Shown here one piece after another: positions 27,901 to 38,168 of a DNA stretch of 64,000 nucleotides. A program made the position numbers and the translations under genes. Numbering within the stretch: position 1 is the first letter of the stretch; every line of letters starts with the position of its first letter. The stretch is from positions 8,231-72,230 of the forward strand of contig CAIJZY010000048.1 in the NCBI GenBank assembly GCA_903825285.1, in the 5' to 3' direction. The stretch comes from an uncultured Opitutia bacterium (lineage in GTDB: Bacteria > Verrucomicrobiota > Verrucomicrobiia > Opitutales > Opitutaceae). Below the pieces are notes generated by a model. The model saw nothing but the letters and a program-made list of their open reading frames with translations, searched no databases and was not told the origin of the DNA.

Positions 27901-28248
27901 CTAGGGCTGGCGGTGGCTGCGGTCACGGTAGTGGATGACCCGCACGGGTTCGAGAGTGACGAGCCCGCCGCCCATCATCGCGTCGAGCACGGGGAGGAAG
28001 GCGTTGATCTTGTCCTCCGCGTCCACGATCTCGATGACCATGGGCAGGTCGTCGGACAGCCGCAGGATCTTGCTCGTGTGGAGGTGGCTGCAGGCGCCGA
28101 AGCCCATCGGGCTGCGCAGGACGGTGGCGCCGGCGAGCTTCAGCTCGCGCGCCTTGAGGACGATCGCCTCGTACAGCGGCTTGTGCTCATGGCGGTCGGA
28201 TTCGCCGATGAAGATGCGCAGGAGCAGGGCGTCGGGGGGCAGATTCAT
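27901..28248 (-). CDS. DUF190 (COG1993, PII-like) protein
   Basis: The track ORF is trimmed to the ATG at 28248. LLRIFIGESDRHEHKPLYEAIVLKARELKLAGATVLRSPMGFG is the DUF190 pattern. It lies 2 nt downstream of crcB. Confidence 0.8.
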   Translation of the reverse strand: MNLPPDALLLRIFIGESDRHEHKPLYEAIVLKARELKLAGATVLRSPMGFGACSHLHTSKILRLSDDLPMVIEIVDAEDKINAFLPVLDAMMGGGLVTLEPVRVIHYRDRSHRQP

Positions 28249-28250
28249 GG

Positions 28251-28649
28251 TCAGGGTCCTTTCAGGGTGTTGAGCGCGGCGGCCGCGATGTGGCCCAGCC
28301 AGACGGCCACGAGGCAGGCCACGACGGACGCAAGGATGTTCCCGCCGGCCTGCAGCCACTCGCCGTCGCGGGCCAGGGACAGCGTCTGCAGGCTGAACGA
28401 CGAGAACGTGGTGTAGCCCCCGCAGATGCCGGTCATGAAGAACAGCCGGCTCTCGCCGCTCACCAGCCAGCGCCCGTCCGGCCCGGTCAGGGTCGAGAAG
28501 AAGCCGATGAGGAACGACCCGGAGACGTTCACGATCAGCGTGCCCCACGGGAAGGTCTCGCCGATGTGGTGGGCCACGAGGCCGGAGAGGGCGAAGCGCG
28601 CCACGCTGCCGAGCGCGCCACCGAGGGCGATGAGGAGATAGAGCATCAT
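28251..28649 (-). CDS. crcB: Fluoride ion channel CrcB/FluC
   Basis: 132 aa. GGALGSVARF...FPWGTLIVNVSGSFLIGF...GICGGYTTFSSF are CrcB signatures. Confidence 0.92.
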   Translation of the reverse strand: MMLYLLIALGGALGSVARFALSGLVAHHIGETFPWGTLIVNVSGSFLIGFFSTLTGPDGRWLVSGESRLFFMTGICGGYTTFSSFSLQTLSLARDGEWLQAGGNILASVVACLVAVWLGHIAAAALNTLKGP

Positions 28650-28677
28650 GCGACAGGCCTGTTAGGAAGTGAGGGCA

Positions 28678-28746
28678 TAACAGGAGTCATCAGCCGGCGC
28701 GGGGCGGGCGGTTTACCCTTGCGGGAAGGCGGAATCCATCGCCACG
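28678..28746 (-). promoter_or_regulatory. Fluoride riboswitch (crcB RNA motif)
   Basis: The minus strand reads GGCGAUGGAUUCCGCC-UUCCCGCAAGGGU-AAACCGCC...GGCUGAUGACUCCUG, about 30 nt upstream of the crcB AUG. This matches the conserved GGCGAUG..CCGCC / AAACCGCC / GGCUGAUG..CCU core of the fluoride riboswitch as I recall it. Confidence 0.8.
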
Positions 28747-28830
28747 GCGGAGTCAATCGCCTGGCCGCCGGTTGGCAAGCCGCGCGATTGTGGCTCGAAA
28801 ATCCGGGGGCGGGCCGGCACATTCGCCGCG

Positions 28831-30471
28831 TTGACCCTGCTGCGTCCACTCCTCCCGTGCCTGCTGGCCGTGCTCCTGGGCGCGGGCCTCCGCGCCGCCG
28901 ACCCGCTCGCGGCGCGGGTCGTGGTGCTCGCCAACCGCGCCGACCCCGACTCGGTGCAGCTCGCGGCCCACTACGCGGCGGTGCGCGGCGTGCCGCCGGA
29001 GAACATCATCGCCCTGGGCCTGCCGGCGCAGGAGACGATCACGTGGGCGGAGTTTGTCACCACCCTCTGGCAGCCGCTGCAGGACGAGCTCGTGCGGCGC
29101 AAGTGGATCGACGCGATCCCGATGGCGCTGACCGACGAGGTGGGCCGGCGGAAGATGGCGGTGTCCGGCCACCGGATCGCGTACCTCGTCGTCTGCCGCG
29201 GCGTGCCGCTGCGAATCAGCCACGACCCGGCGCGGTACCGGCCGCATCCGCCGGTGACGGACAACCCGTTTTTCCAGACCAACCAGGCGGCGGTGGATTC
29301 CGAGCTGAGCCTGCTGGCGGTGAACGACAGCCCGATCAACGCCTTCCTCGCGAACCCGCTCTTCCACCGCGACCACCCGGCGCCGTGGGAGCTGGCGCAG
29401 GTCGTCAAGGTTGCCCGGCTTGACGGCCCCACCGCCGGGGCGGCGCAGGCGCTGGTGGACCAGGCCGTCGCGGCGGAGCGCACCGGGCTGCTCGGCCGTG
29501 CGTACGTGGACCTCGGCGGCATCCGGCCGGTCGGCGACCAGTGGCTGCGCACCGTGGCGGCGCAGCTGGCGTCGCTCGGGTTCGACCTGGGCGTGGACAG
29601 CGCGCCGACGACCTTTGACGCGGAGGCGCGGCTGGATGCGCCCGTGTTCTATTTCGGCTGGTACGCGAGCCGGCTCAACGGCCCGTTCGCGCTGCCGGGG
29701 TTTCGCTTCCCGCCGGGCGCGGTCGCGATGCACATCCACAGCTTCTCGGCCGAGACCCTGCGATCCGCGGAGATCGGCTGGTGCGGCCCGCTCGTGGCGC
29801 GGGGCGTGACGGCCACGGTGGGGAATGTCTACGAGCCCTACCTTCAGCTGCTGCACCGGCCGGACCTGCTGCTGCGGGCGCTGGCGCGGGGCGACACCTT
29901 TGGCGACGCGGCCTATTACGCGCTGCCGGTGCTCAGCTGGCAGGCGGTGGCGATCGGGGATCCGCTGTACCGGCCGTTCGCGGTGCCGTTCGAGCGGCAG
30001 TGGGACGCGCGCGGGTCGCTCCCGCCGCGCCTCGCGCCGTACGCCGTGCTGCGGCGGGCGCACCTGCTGGAGGCGGACGGCCACGCGGCCGAGGCGAGCG
30101 CCACGCTGGCGGCGGCGCTGGCGGAGCGGCCGTCGCTGCCCGTCGGGCTGGCGCTGGCGCGGGCGGGCGAGCGGGCCGGCGATCTGCCCGCCGCGCGGCG
30201 GACGCTGATGGCGGTGCCCCTGCCGGCGGCGTTTCCGTCCGACGAGTGGGGAATGGCCCGCGAGGCGGCGCAGCTGCTGCTGGCGGCCGGCGCGCCGGCG
30301 CGGGCGGAGCAATACTATGCGCGGCTGCTGGCGGAGCTGGCTTTGCCACGCACGCTGCGCACGCCGTGGCTGCGCGAGGCGAGCGAGGCGGCGCAGGCCG
30401 CCGGGCACGCCGAGCAGGCGCAGGCGTGGACCCGGGAGCGGGAGGAACTGCTCGTCGAGCGCCGGAAGTAG
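28831..30471 (+). CDS. Secreted hypothetical protein with an Ala/Leu-rich (TPR-like) C-terminal region
   Basis: TTG start followed by the signal peptide MTLLRPLLPCLLAVLLGAGLRAA. 546 aa. I cannot name the family with confidence. Confidence 0.6.
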   Translation: MTLLRPLLPCLLAVLLGAGLRAADPLAARVVVLANRADPDSVQLAAHYAAVRGVPPENIIALGLPAQETITWAEFVTTLWQPLQDELVRRKWIDAIPMALTDEVGRRKMAVSGHRIAYLVVCRGVPLRISHDPARYRPHPPVTDNPFFQTNQAAVDSELSLLAVNDSPINAFLANPLFHRDHPAPWELAQVVKVARLDGPTAGAAQALVDQAVAAERTGLLGRAYVDLGGIRPVGDQWLRTVAAQLASLGFDLGVDSAPTTFDAEARLDAPVFYFGWYASRLNGPFALPGFRFPPGAVAMHIHSFSAETLRSAEIGWCGPLVARGVTATVGNVYEPYLQLLHRPDLLLRALARGDTFGDAAYYALPVLSWQAVAIGDPLYRPFAVPFERQWDARGSLPPRLAPYAVLRRAHLLEADGHAAEASATLAAALAERPSLPVGLALARAGERAGDLPAARRTLMAVPLPAAFPSDEWGMAREAAQLLLAAGAPARAEQYYARLLAELALPRTLRTPWLREASEAAQAAGHAEQAQAWTREREELLVERRK

Positions 30472-30484
30472 CGCGCCGCGGCGG

Positions 30485-31138
30485 CTACACCTTGTCCACG
30501 ATGCGGTCGGCCAGGCCGTACGCGATCGCTTCCTGTGCGTTCAGGTAGAAGTCGCGGTCGGTGTCCTGGTTGATCTTCTCGAGCGGCTGGCCCGAGGCGT
30601 CGGCCAGGATCTGGTTCAGCTCGGCCCGCAGCTTCTCCATTTCCTTCGCCTGGATGTTGATGTCCGTGGCGGGGCCGACCATGCGGCCCGAGATCAGCGG
30701 CTGGTGGATGAGCACCCGCGAGTGCGGGTACAGCAGGCGGCGGCCCTTCGGCGCGCCGGAAAGCAGGATCGAGCCCATCGAGGCCGCCATGCCGGTCACG
30801 ACCACCGTGATCGGGGAGGTGACGATCTTCATCGTGTCGTACACCGCCATGCCGGCCGTGATCGAGCCGCCGGGCGAGTTGATGTAGAACGTGATCGGCT
30901 CGCCGGGGGCGACCGTCTCGAGGTAGAGCAGCTTCTCCGTGATGTCCTTGGCGGTCTCGTCGGTCACGGCGCCCCACAGGAAGATCTTCCGCTGCTCGAG
31001 GAATTTCCGCTGGATGAGCATCGCCACGGGCGTGCCGCCCTTCTTGGGGGAGGCCTCGTTCGGCTCGTCATCCTCGTCGTCATCATCCGCCCGCGGGACA
31101 GGAGCGGCCAGGCCGGGCTGCAGATTGTCGAAATGCAT
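30485..31138 (-). CDS. clpP: ClpP-family serine protease subunit with an acidic N-terminal extension
   Basis: Catalytic elements GMAASMG (Ser), LIHQP (His) and DTDRD (Asp) are present. The N-terminal 40 residues include DDDDEDDEPNE, which canonical ClpP lacks. Confidence 0.85.
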   Translation of the reverse strand: MHFDNLQPGLAAPVPRADDDDEDDEPNEASPKKGGTPVAMLIQRKFLEQRKIFLWGAVTDETAKDITEKLLYLETVAPGEPITFYINSPGGSITAGMAVYDTMKIVTSPITVVVTGMAASMGSILLSGAPKGRRLLYPHSRVLIHQPLISGRMVGPATDINIQAKEMEKLRAELNQILADASGQPLEKINQDTDRDFYLNAQEAIAYGLADRIVDKV

Positions 31139-31207
31139 AGGCCAAAAACGTTGGCGGCCTTGGCGCCGTTGGCAAGTGGTTTGGCCGGGTTGTGGCTGAC
31201 GGTAGAC

Positions 31208-31297
31208 GTCAGAGATCAGAAGTCAGAGATCAGAGGTCAGAGGTCGGACGTCAGACCATGGACCTGCGACGTGCCGATCCTGATCTCTGACCTCTGG
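31208..31297. repeat. Seven tandem GTCAGAG-type heptads plus an inverted partner
   Basis: 31208-31257 reads GTCAGAG ATCAGAA GTCAGAG ATCAGAG GTCAGAG GTCGGAC GTCAGAC. 31276-31297 reads GATCCTGATCTCTGACCTCTGG, which is complementary to the array. Confidence 0.9.
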
Positions 31298-31345
31298 CTC
31301 CTCCCTCTCTTGCCAAGCGGGCCGGGGCAGCTCAATCCTCGGAGG

Positions 31346-32980
31346 ATGAGCGTGCAGCGCATCTCGGGCCGGATTGTGGATGTGGTCAACCGCACGGACT
31401 ATCCAGGCACGATCGAGGTCTCGGGCGGCGTCATCCGCCGGATCACGCGCGACGCCCGGGCCCGCGGGCCGCACCTGCTGATGCCGGGGCTGGTGGACGC
31501 CCACATCCACATCGAGAGCTCGCTGCTGCCGCCGGCGGAGTTCGCGCGCCACGCGGTGGTGCACGGCACGGTGGCGACGGTGTCGGACCCGCATGAGATC
31601 GCCAACGTCCTCGGCGCGGCCGGCGTGCGGTACATGATCGCGGACGGCCGGCGGACGCCGTTCAAGTTCAACTTCGGCGCACCGTCGTGCGTGCCGGCGA
31701 CGACCTTTGAGACCGCCGGCGCGGCGCTCGACGCCCGCGCGGTGGGCCGGCTGCTGGCGCGACGCGACGTGCGTTTCCTTGCCGAGGTGATGAACTTCCC
31801 GGGGGTGCTGAATGGCGACCCGTCGCTGCGGGCCATGATCGCGGCGGCGCGGCGGCGCGGCAAGGCGGTGGATGGCCACGCGCCCGGGCTGCGCGGCGCG
31901 ACGGCGGCGAAATACGCCGCGGCGGGCATCACCACGGACCACGAGTGCTTCACGCTCCCCGAGGCGCGCGACAAGCTGGCGGCGGGGATGCGGATCCTGA
32001 TCCGCGAGGGGTCCGCGGCGCGCAACTTCGCGGCCCTCGCGCCGCTGCTCCGCACGGACGCGGCGCGCTGCATGTTCTGCTGCGACGACCTGCATCCCGA
32101 CCTCCTGATGGTCCGGCACCTCGACGAGCACGTGCGCCGTGCGCTCGCGCTCGGGGTGGACCGGTTTGACGTGCTGGCCTGCGCCTCGGTCAACCCGGTG
32201 CGCCACTACGGGCTCGCGGTCGGCCTGCTGCAGCCGGGCGATCCGGCGGACTTCATCGAGGTGGACAGCTGGCGGAATTTCCGCGTGCGGCGCACGTGGC
32301 TCGGCGGCCGGCTGGTCGCGGCGCGGGGCCGCAGCCTGCTGCCGCGGCAGCCGTCGCGCGTCGTGAACCGGTTCCGGGCCCGCCCGCGGACGGCGGCGGA
32401 CTTCGCGGTGCCGGCGGGACGCGGGAAGCTGAATGTCATCGCGGCGCTCAACGGCCAGCTGATCACGCGCCACGTGCGCCTGCCGGCCAGGGTCGTGGCC
32501 GGAGTGGCCATGGCCGACCCGGGCCGCGACCTGCTGAAGCTCGCGGTGGTCAACCGCTACGCGCCGGGCGCGCCGGTGGCGGTGGGCTTCGTGCGCGGGT
32601 TCGGGCTGAAGGCGGGGGCGCTGGCCTCGTCGGTGGCGCACGACTCGCACAACATCGTCGCGGTCGGGGCGGACGACGCCTCCCTCGCGGCGGCGGTGAA
32701 CCTCGTGATCGCGCACCGCGGCGGGCTGAGCGCGGTCGGACCGGGCCGGCGGGCGGTGCTGCCGCTGCCGATCGCGGGGCTGATGTCGGACGCCGACGGG
32801 CGCAGCGTGGCCCGGCGGTACACGGCGGTGGACGCGCTGGCCAAGCGGCTCGGCTCGCGGCTCGACGCGCCGTTCATGACGCTGTCGTTCATGGCGCTGC
32901 TCGTGATCCCCGACCTGAAGCTCAGCGACCGCGGACTGTTCTCCGGCTCGCGCTGGTCGTTCCTGCCCCTGCAGGCGTGA
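31346..32980 (+). CDS. ade: Adenine deaminase
   Basis: The track ORF is trimmed to the ATG at 31346. PGLVDAHIHIESSLL...HGTVATVSDPHEIANV and HDSHNIVAVG are adenine deaminase motifs. Confidence 0.85.
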   Translation: MSVQRISGRIVDVVNRTDYPGTIEVSGGVIRRITRDARARGPHLLMPGLVDAHIHIESSLLPPAEFARHAVVHGTVATVSDPHEIANVLGAAGVRYMIADGRRTPFKFNFGAPSCVPATTFETAGAALDARAVGRLLARRDVRFLAEVMNFPGVLNGDPSLRAMIAAARRRGKAVDGHAPGLRGATAAKYAAAGITTDHECFTLPEARDKLAAGMRILIREGSAARNFAALAPLLRTDAARCMFCCDDLHPDLLMVRHLDEHVRRALALGVDRFDVLACASVNPVRHYGLAVGLLQPGDPADFIEVDSWRNFRVRRTWLGGRLVAARGRSLLPRQPSRVVNRFRARPRTAADFAVPAGRGKLNVIAALNGQLITRHVRLPARVVAGVAMADPGRDLLKLAVVNRYAPGAPVAVGFVRGFGLKAGALASSVAHDSHNIVAVGADDASLAAAVNLVIAHRGGLSAVGPGRRAVLPLPIAGLMSDADGRSVARRYTAVDALAKRLGSRLDAPFMTLSFMALLVIPDLKLSDRGLFSGSRWSFLPLQA

Positions 32981-33056
32981 GTGGCGGGTCCCGTTCGCCA
33001 TTGCGTCGGTGCGCGGCGTCCTGAAACCTCCGGCCAATCCCAATTTGCCCGCACCC

Positions 33057-34667
33057 ATGCTGAAGCTTGGTAATCCCCTGGTGCCCCTGACCGCCTGGCT
33101 GCGCACGGTGCCCGGCCGGCTGCGCGAGCTCTGGCGCCGCCGCTCGGTGGAGCACCTCGCGGCGGTGGTCAACTTCGTGGCAATCACGGTCGCGCTCACC
33201 TACCTGGTCGGTCTGCTGTTCGCGCACATCAAGATCGTGACGCAGCCCGGCCCGCAGGAGTACAACGAGCCGGCGATCTGGCACGCGACGTGGCTGCTGG
33301 CCCACGGCCGGAATCCCTACACCATCCAGGAGCTCCCGGGCGCGGCGTACTGCCTTGGGCCGCTCTACAACTACGTGGTCATCGCGCTCCAGCCGCTGCT
33401 GGGCATCGATTATCCGGCGCACCGCCTCGTGGTGCTCGGGTTTCTCGGGCTGTCGCTCTGGGTGATGGTGCGCCTGATGCGGCGGGCCGGCGCGGGGCTG
33501 GGCATCGCGCTGCTCTCGGCGACCTTCTACTATTGGATGAGCCTCAACAATATTGAGATCACGGCCCGCCCGGACACCATGGGCCTGTTCTTCTTCATGC
33601 TGGGGATCGGCGTGCCCTGGGCGCGCGGCTACACGCGCGGGTCGACGATCTTCGGGCTCCTCTGCGCGGTGGTGGCGTTCAACTGCAAGTCGTACTTCGC
33701 GGTGGCGGGATGCGCGACGCTGCTCACCTATTTCCTCGTGCGCAACCGGCGGGAGGCGTGCTGGCTCGGCGTGGGCTTCTTCGCGCTGCTGGGCCTGACG
33801 TTCTGGCTGTCGTGCGTGATGTACCCCTATTTCTACATCGAGACCGTGCTCGTGCAGCGGGGCGGGGCGGAGGTGAACTCCCGCGACGACATCTCGCTCA
33901 TGCACACGATCATGCTGTTCGAGCGCGGCTGGCCGTACTTCCTCATGATGGTGGTCGGGCTGGGCGGCTGGCTGTGGCGGCGGCAGCAGGCGCGGCGCAC
34001 CGGCACGGTGCCGGACGCGGCGGCCCTGACCAAGGAGCGGTCCTTCATGGCGCTCGGCGCGTCCTTCGTGATCTTCCTTGCGGTCGTCTATTTCTACATG
34101 GGCCGGAACGCCGGCGCCTACTTCACGTATCATCTGCACCTGCTTTTTCCGCTGATGTTCGTGCTGGCGGCGCATGCGGCGCGGCCCGCGTGGCTGCGGA
34201 TTGCCTACGGCGTGATGCTGACCGCGTTCTTCCTCTCGTGGGTGACGATTCCCGGGGTGCCGGACTCGACCGCGCCGTATCGGCGGCTGGAGCGGCTGGG
34301 CTACTCGACCAACGGCGAGGTGCTCGGCATCGCGTGCATGACGGACATCTTCGAGCGCGGTGGCCGGCGCGTGCTGCACAACGGCAACACCATGTTCATG
34401 GGCTTCGCCTTCGCGGACGGCCGCGCGCTGCATGACCCGAAGGTCGCGGCGCTGGCCCAGCGGTACCAGGAGACCGACGCGGAAGTGCAGGCGAAGGTGA
34501 AGGACCGCGCCTACGCGGTCGTGCTCACGGAATTCGACGACCCCTATTTCTGCTCAGCCGACCTGCTCCGGAAATATTACGACAAGGTCGAGCAGATCGA
34601 CTATTACACCTATTTCGGCCACAGCCCCGTCCGCGTCTGGCGGCCGAAGCCGATGGTGCGCCAGTAG
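33057..34667 (+). CDS. Polytopic membrane protein, probable GT-C-fold glycosyltransferase (ArnT/PMT-like)
   Basis: Roughly a dozen hydrophobic segments followed by a soluble C-terminal domain. The architecture resembles the ArnT/GT39/GT83 type. I assign no firm motif. ATG at 33057. Confidence 0.5.
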   Translation: MLKLGNPLVPLTAWLRTVPGRLRELWRRRSVEHLAAVVNFVAITVALTYLVGLLFAHIKIVTQPGPQEYNEPAIWHATWLLAHGRNPYTIQELPGAAYCLGPLYNYVVIALQPLLGIDYPAHRLVVLGFLGLSLWVMVRLMRRAGAGLGIALLSATFYYWMSLNNIEITARPDTMGLFFFMLGIGVPWARGYTRGSTIFGLLCAVVAFNCKSYFAVAGCATLLTYFLVRNRREACWLGVGFFALLGLTFWLSCVMYPYFYIETVLVQRGGAEVNSRDDISLMHTIMLFERGWPYFLMMVVGLGGWLWRRQQARRTGTVPDAAALTKERSFMALGASFVIFLAVVYFYMGRNAGAYFTYHLHLLFPLMFVLAAHAARPAWLRIAYGVMLTAFFLSWVTIPGVPDSTAPYRRLERLGYSTNGEVLGIACMTDIFERGGRRVLHNGNTMFMGFAFADGRALHDPKVAALAQRYQETDAEVQAKVKDRAYAVVLTEFDDPYFCSADLLRKYYDKVEQIDYYTYFGHSPVRVWRPKPMVRQ

Positions 34668-34677
34668 GCGATCATCG

Positions 34678-34717
34678 GCCGGGAAAGGGGAGCCGGGAAC
34701 CGGGAGAGGAGCGAGCG
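34678..34717. repeat. Purine-rich heptad repeat GCCGGGA AAGGGGA GCCGGGA ACCGGGA GAGGAGC
   Basis: 7-nt periodicity read directly from the sequence. It lies between the convergent membrane-protein and sufT genes. Confidence 0.7.
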
Positions 34718-35260
34718 TCAGAGCAGCCCGAGCTTCATCTTGCCCTCTTCACTGATCATGGACTGGTTCCACGGCGGGTCCCAGGTGATGCGGACGTCGG
34801 CGGTGCCGACGCCGGGCACGAGCAGAATCTTGGTCTTGGCGTCCTCCGCGATGGCGGGCCCCATGCCGCAGCCCGGCGCGGTGAGGGTCATGGCCACGTC
34901 CACCTTGTAGCCGGCGGCGGCGTCCTCGGAGACGTCCATGGTATACACCAGCCCGAGATCGACGATGTTGACCGGGATCTCGGGGTCGAAGACCTGGCGG
35001 AGCTGCGTCCAGATGGCCGCCGGATCGGGCGCGCCGCCGGCCAGGGTCGCGGCCTGCACGGTGTTGTCGATGACGGCCTCGCCGAGCGTGTCGCCGTCGC
35101 GGCCCTCGATCCGGAACAGCCCGGAGTCCGTCGAGACGGTGTAGCTGCCGCCGAGCTTCTGGGTGAGCGTGGCCCGGGTGCCGGCGGGCAGGAGGGTCTT
35201 TTCGCCGGACGGGATCTGGGTGGCGGCGACCTCGCGGGTGAGCGTGCGTACGGTGTTCAT
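34718..35260 (-). CDS. sufT: Fe-S assembly protein SufT (DUF59 domain)
   Basis: 180 aa. The DUF59 core is VFDPEIPVNIVDLGLVY...TLTAPGCGMG. It is the last gene of the suf cluster. Confidence 0.8.
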   Translation of the reverse strand: MNTVRTLTREVAATQIPSGEKTLLPAGTRATLTQKLGGSYTVSTDSGLFRIEGRDGDTLGEAVIDNTVQAATLAGGAPDPAAIWTQLRQVFDPEIPVNIVDLGLVYTMDVSEDAAAGYKVDVAMTLTAPGCGMGPAIAEDAKTKILLVPGVGTADVRITWDPPWNQSMISEEGKMKLGLL

Positions 35261-35306
35261 GGCGCGAAAGGTGCGGGAGGCAGTCAGAGCCCTTGTGGCG
35301 AGGGTT

Positions 35307-36659
35307 TCAATGCTGGTGATCCGCGGGCCGCGGCGCGGCGCGGAACTTCGCCTTGATCAGGTCCCGGAAGGCGTCGTGGAGCGGCTCGCTGGCGAGCTTG
35401 CTGAGGACCTCCTCGAAGAACCCGAAGGTGAGGAGCTCGTCGGCGTCGGCCTGGCGGATGCCGCGGGTGCGGAGGTAGAATTCCTGCTCGGGATCGATGC
35501 GGCTGGAGGTGGCGCCGTGGGTGCAGCGGACGTCGTTGGCCTGGATCTCAAGTCCGGGCAGCGAATTGGCCTCGGCGTCGTCGCTGAGCATGAGGTTGCG
35601 GTTCCCCTGGTAGGCGTCGGTCTTCTGCGCGTCCGGGTCGACGACGATCAGGCCGGAGAAGATCGTCTTGGACTGGTCCAGCAGCGCGTTCTTGTAGAGC
35701 AGGTTCGAGCTCGTGTTCGGCGCCTGGTGGATCTGCAGGGTGCGCTGGTCGAACTCCTGCGTGCCGTGGGCGACGGTCAGGCCGAGCATCTCGGTGTGGG
35801 CGCCGGGCGCCTGCAGCTGGCTGTGGCTCTCGTGGCGCGACTGGCGGCCGCCGAGGTGGAGGTTGAGGGACTGCACGGCGGCGTCGCGCCGCGCGATCGT
35901 GGAATTGAACTGGAACGAGAGGGTCTCGCGCGACCAGGTCTGGGCCGCGACGTAGGTCAGCCGCGCGCCGTGGCCGGCGTGGAGGTCGTTCTGGCCGCAG
36001 GCGAAGTGGCGCTGCGCGTCGGCGGAGCGGAAACAGTCCACGACCGTGGCCGAGGAGCCCTCCTCGGCGATCACGAGCGTGTGCGGGAACACCGCGCTCT
36101 GGGCGCCCTGGGCGTAGTGGTAGATGGCGAGCGGGGCCGGCAGCTCGACGCCGCGCGGCACGTAGATGAAGGCGCCGTCCTCGAGCAGGGCGGTGTGGAG
36201 GGCGGTGAACTTCTCCGAGCCGAGCGGCGACGGCTGCGCGAGCAGGTGCGCCTTCACCAGGTCGCCGTGCGTGCGGAGGGCTTCCTGGATCGTGCCGAAG
36301 ACGACGCCCCGCTCGGCGAGCGCGGCGGCCACTTGCTCGCGGGCCACGAGGCGGTTGTTGGCGAAGACCAGCCGGCCGGACTTGGCGACGCCGACGGGCA
36401 CGTGCCCGAGCCGCCCGGCGGGGACGGCGGCGGGGCGCACGTAGCCGTCGAGCGTCAGCCCCGTGAGCGTGGCGAAGCGCCAGGCTTCATCCGTGCGCTT
36501 GGGCAGCGGGAGCGACGCGAACCGCTCGTAGGCGGCGCGCTTCCGGTCCAGCCACCAGGCGGGCAGGTGGGCGACGCCGGCCAGATGGGCGGCGAAGAGC
36601 TCGGGCGTGAAGCCGCCGAGGAGGGAAACCGGTTGGGAGGGGCTGGCGGAAACGGACAT
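35307..36659 (-). CDS. sufD: Fe-S cluster assembly protein SufD
   Basis: 450 aa. The C-terminal SufBD beta-helix region (CTHGATSSRIDPEQEFYLRTRGI) is present. It lies between sufB and sufT. Confidence 0.88.
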   Translation of the reverse strand: MSVSASPSQPVSLLGGFTPELFAAHLAGVAHLPAWWLDRKRAAYERFASLPLPKRTDEAWRFATLTGLTLDGYVRPAAVPAGRLGHVPVGVAKSGRLVFANNRLVAREQVAAALAERGVVFGTIQEALRTHGDLVKAHLLAQPSPLGSEKFTALHTALLEDGAFIYVPRGVELPAPLAIYHYAQGAQSAVFPHTLVIAEEGSSATVVDCFRSADAQRHFACGQNDLHAGHGARLTYVAAQTWSRETLSFQFNSTIARRDAAVQSLNLHLGGRQSRHESHSQLQAPGAHTEMLGLTVAHGTQEFDQRTLQIHQAPNTSSNLLYKNALLDQSKTIFSGLIVVDPDAQKTDAYQGNRNLMLSDDAEANSLPGLEIQANDVRCTHGATSSRIDPEQEFYLRTRGIRQADADELLTFGFFEEVLSKLASEPLHDAFRDLIKAKFRAAPRPADHQH

Positions 36660-36696
36660 GGGAAAAAGTTGCGAGTGATGATGATGGGCCGCGCCC

Positions 36697-38151
<1,455 letters not shown>

Positions 38152-38168
38152 GGCGGTGGGGCCGGGTT

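Noticed and set aside
31208-31257. Possibility that the tandem heptad arrays are CRISPR arrays
   Set aside because: The repeat unit is only 7 nt, with no unique spacers between the units and no cas genes in the window. They are simple tandem or inverted repeats.
30317-31345. N-terminal 343 codons of the 887-aa ORF that ends as adenine deaminase
   Set aside because: This extension is antisense to clpP and runs through the heptad repeat spacer. The adenine deaminase homology begins at the ATG at 31346.
31341-31345. GGAGG immediately upstream of the adenine deaminase ATG as a Shine-Dalgarno site
   Set aside because: It abuts the start codon with zero spacing, which is too close for canonical SD function. 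I did not annotate it as an RBS. The alternative would be a start further downstream, but no suitable in-frame start is evident before the conserved region.
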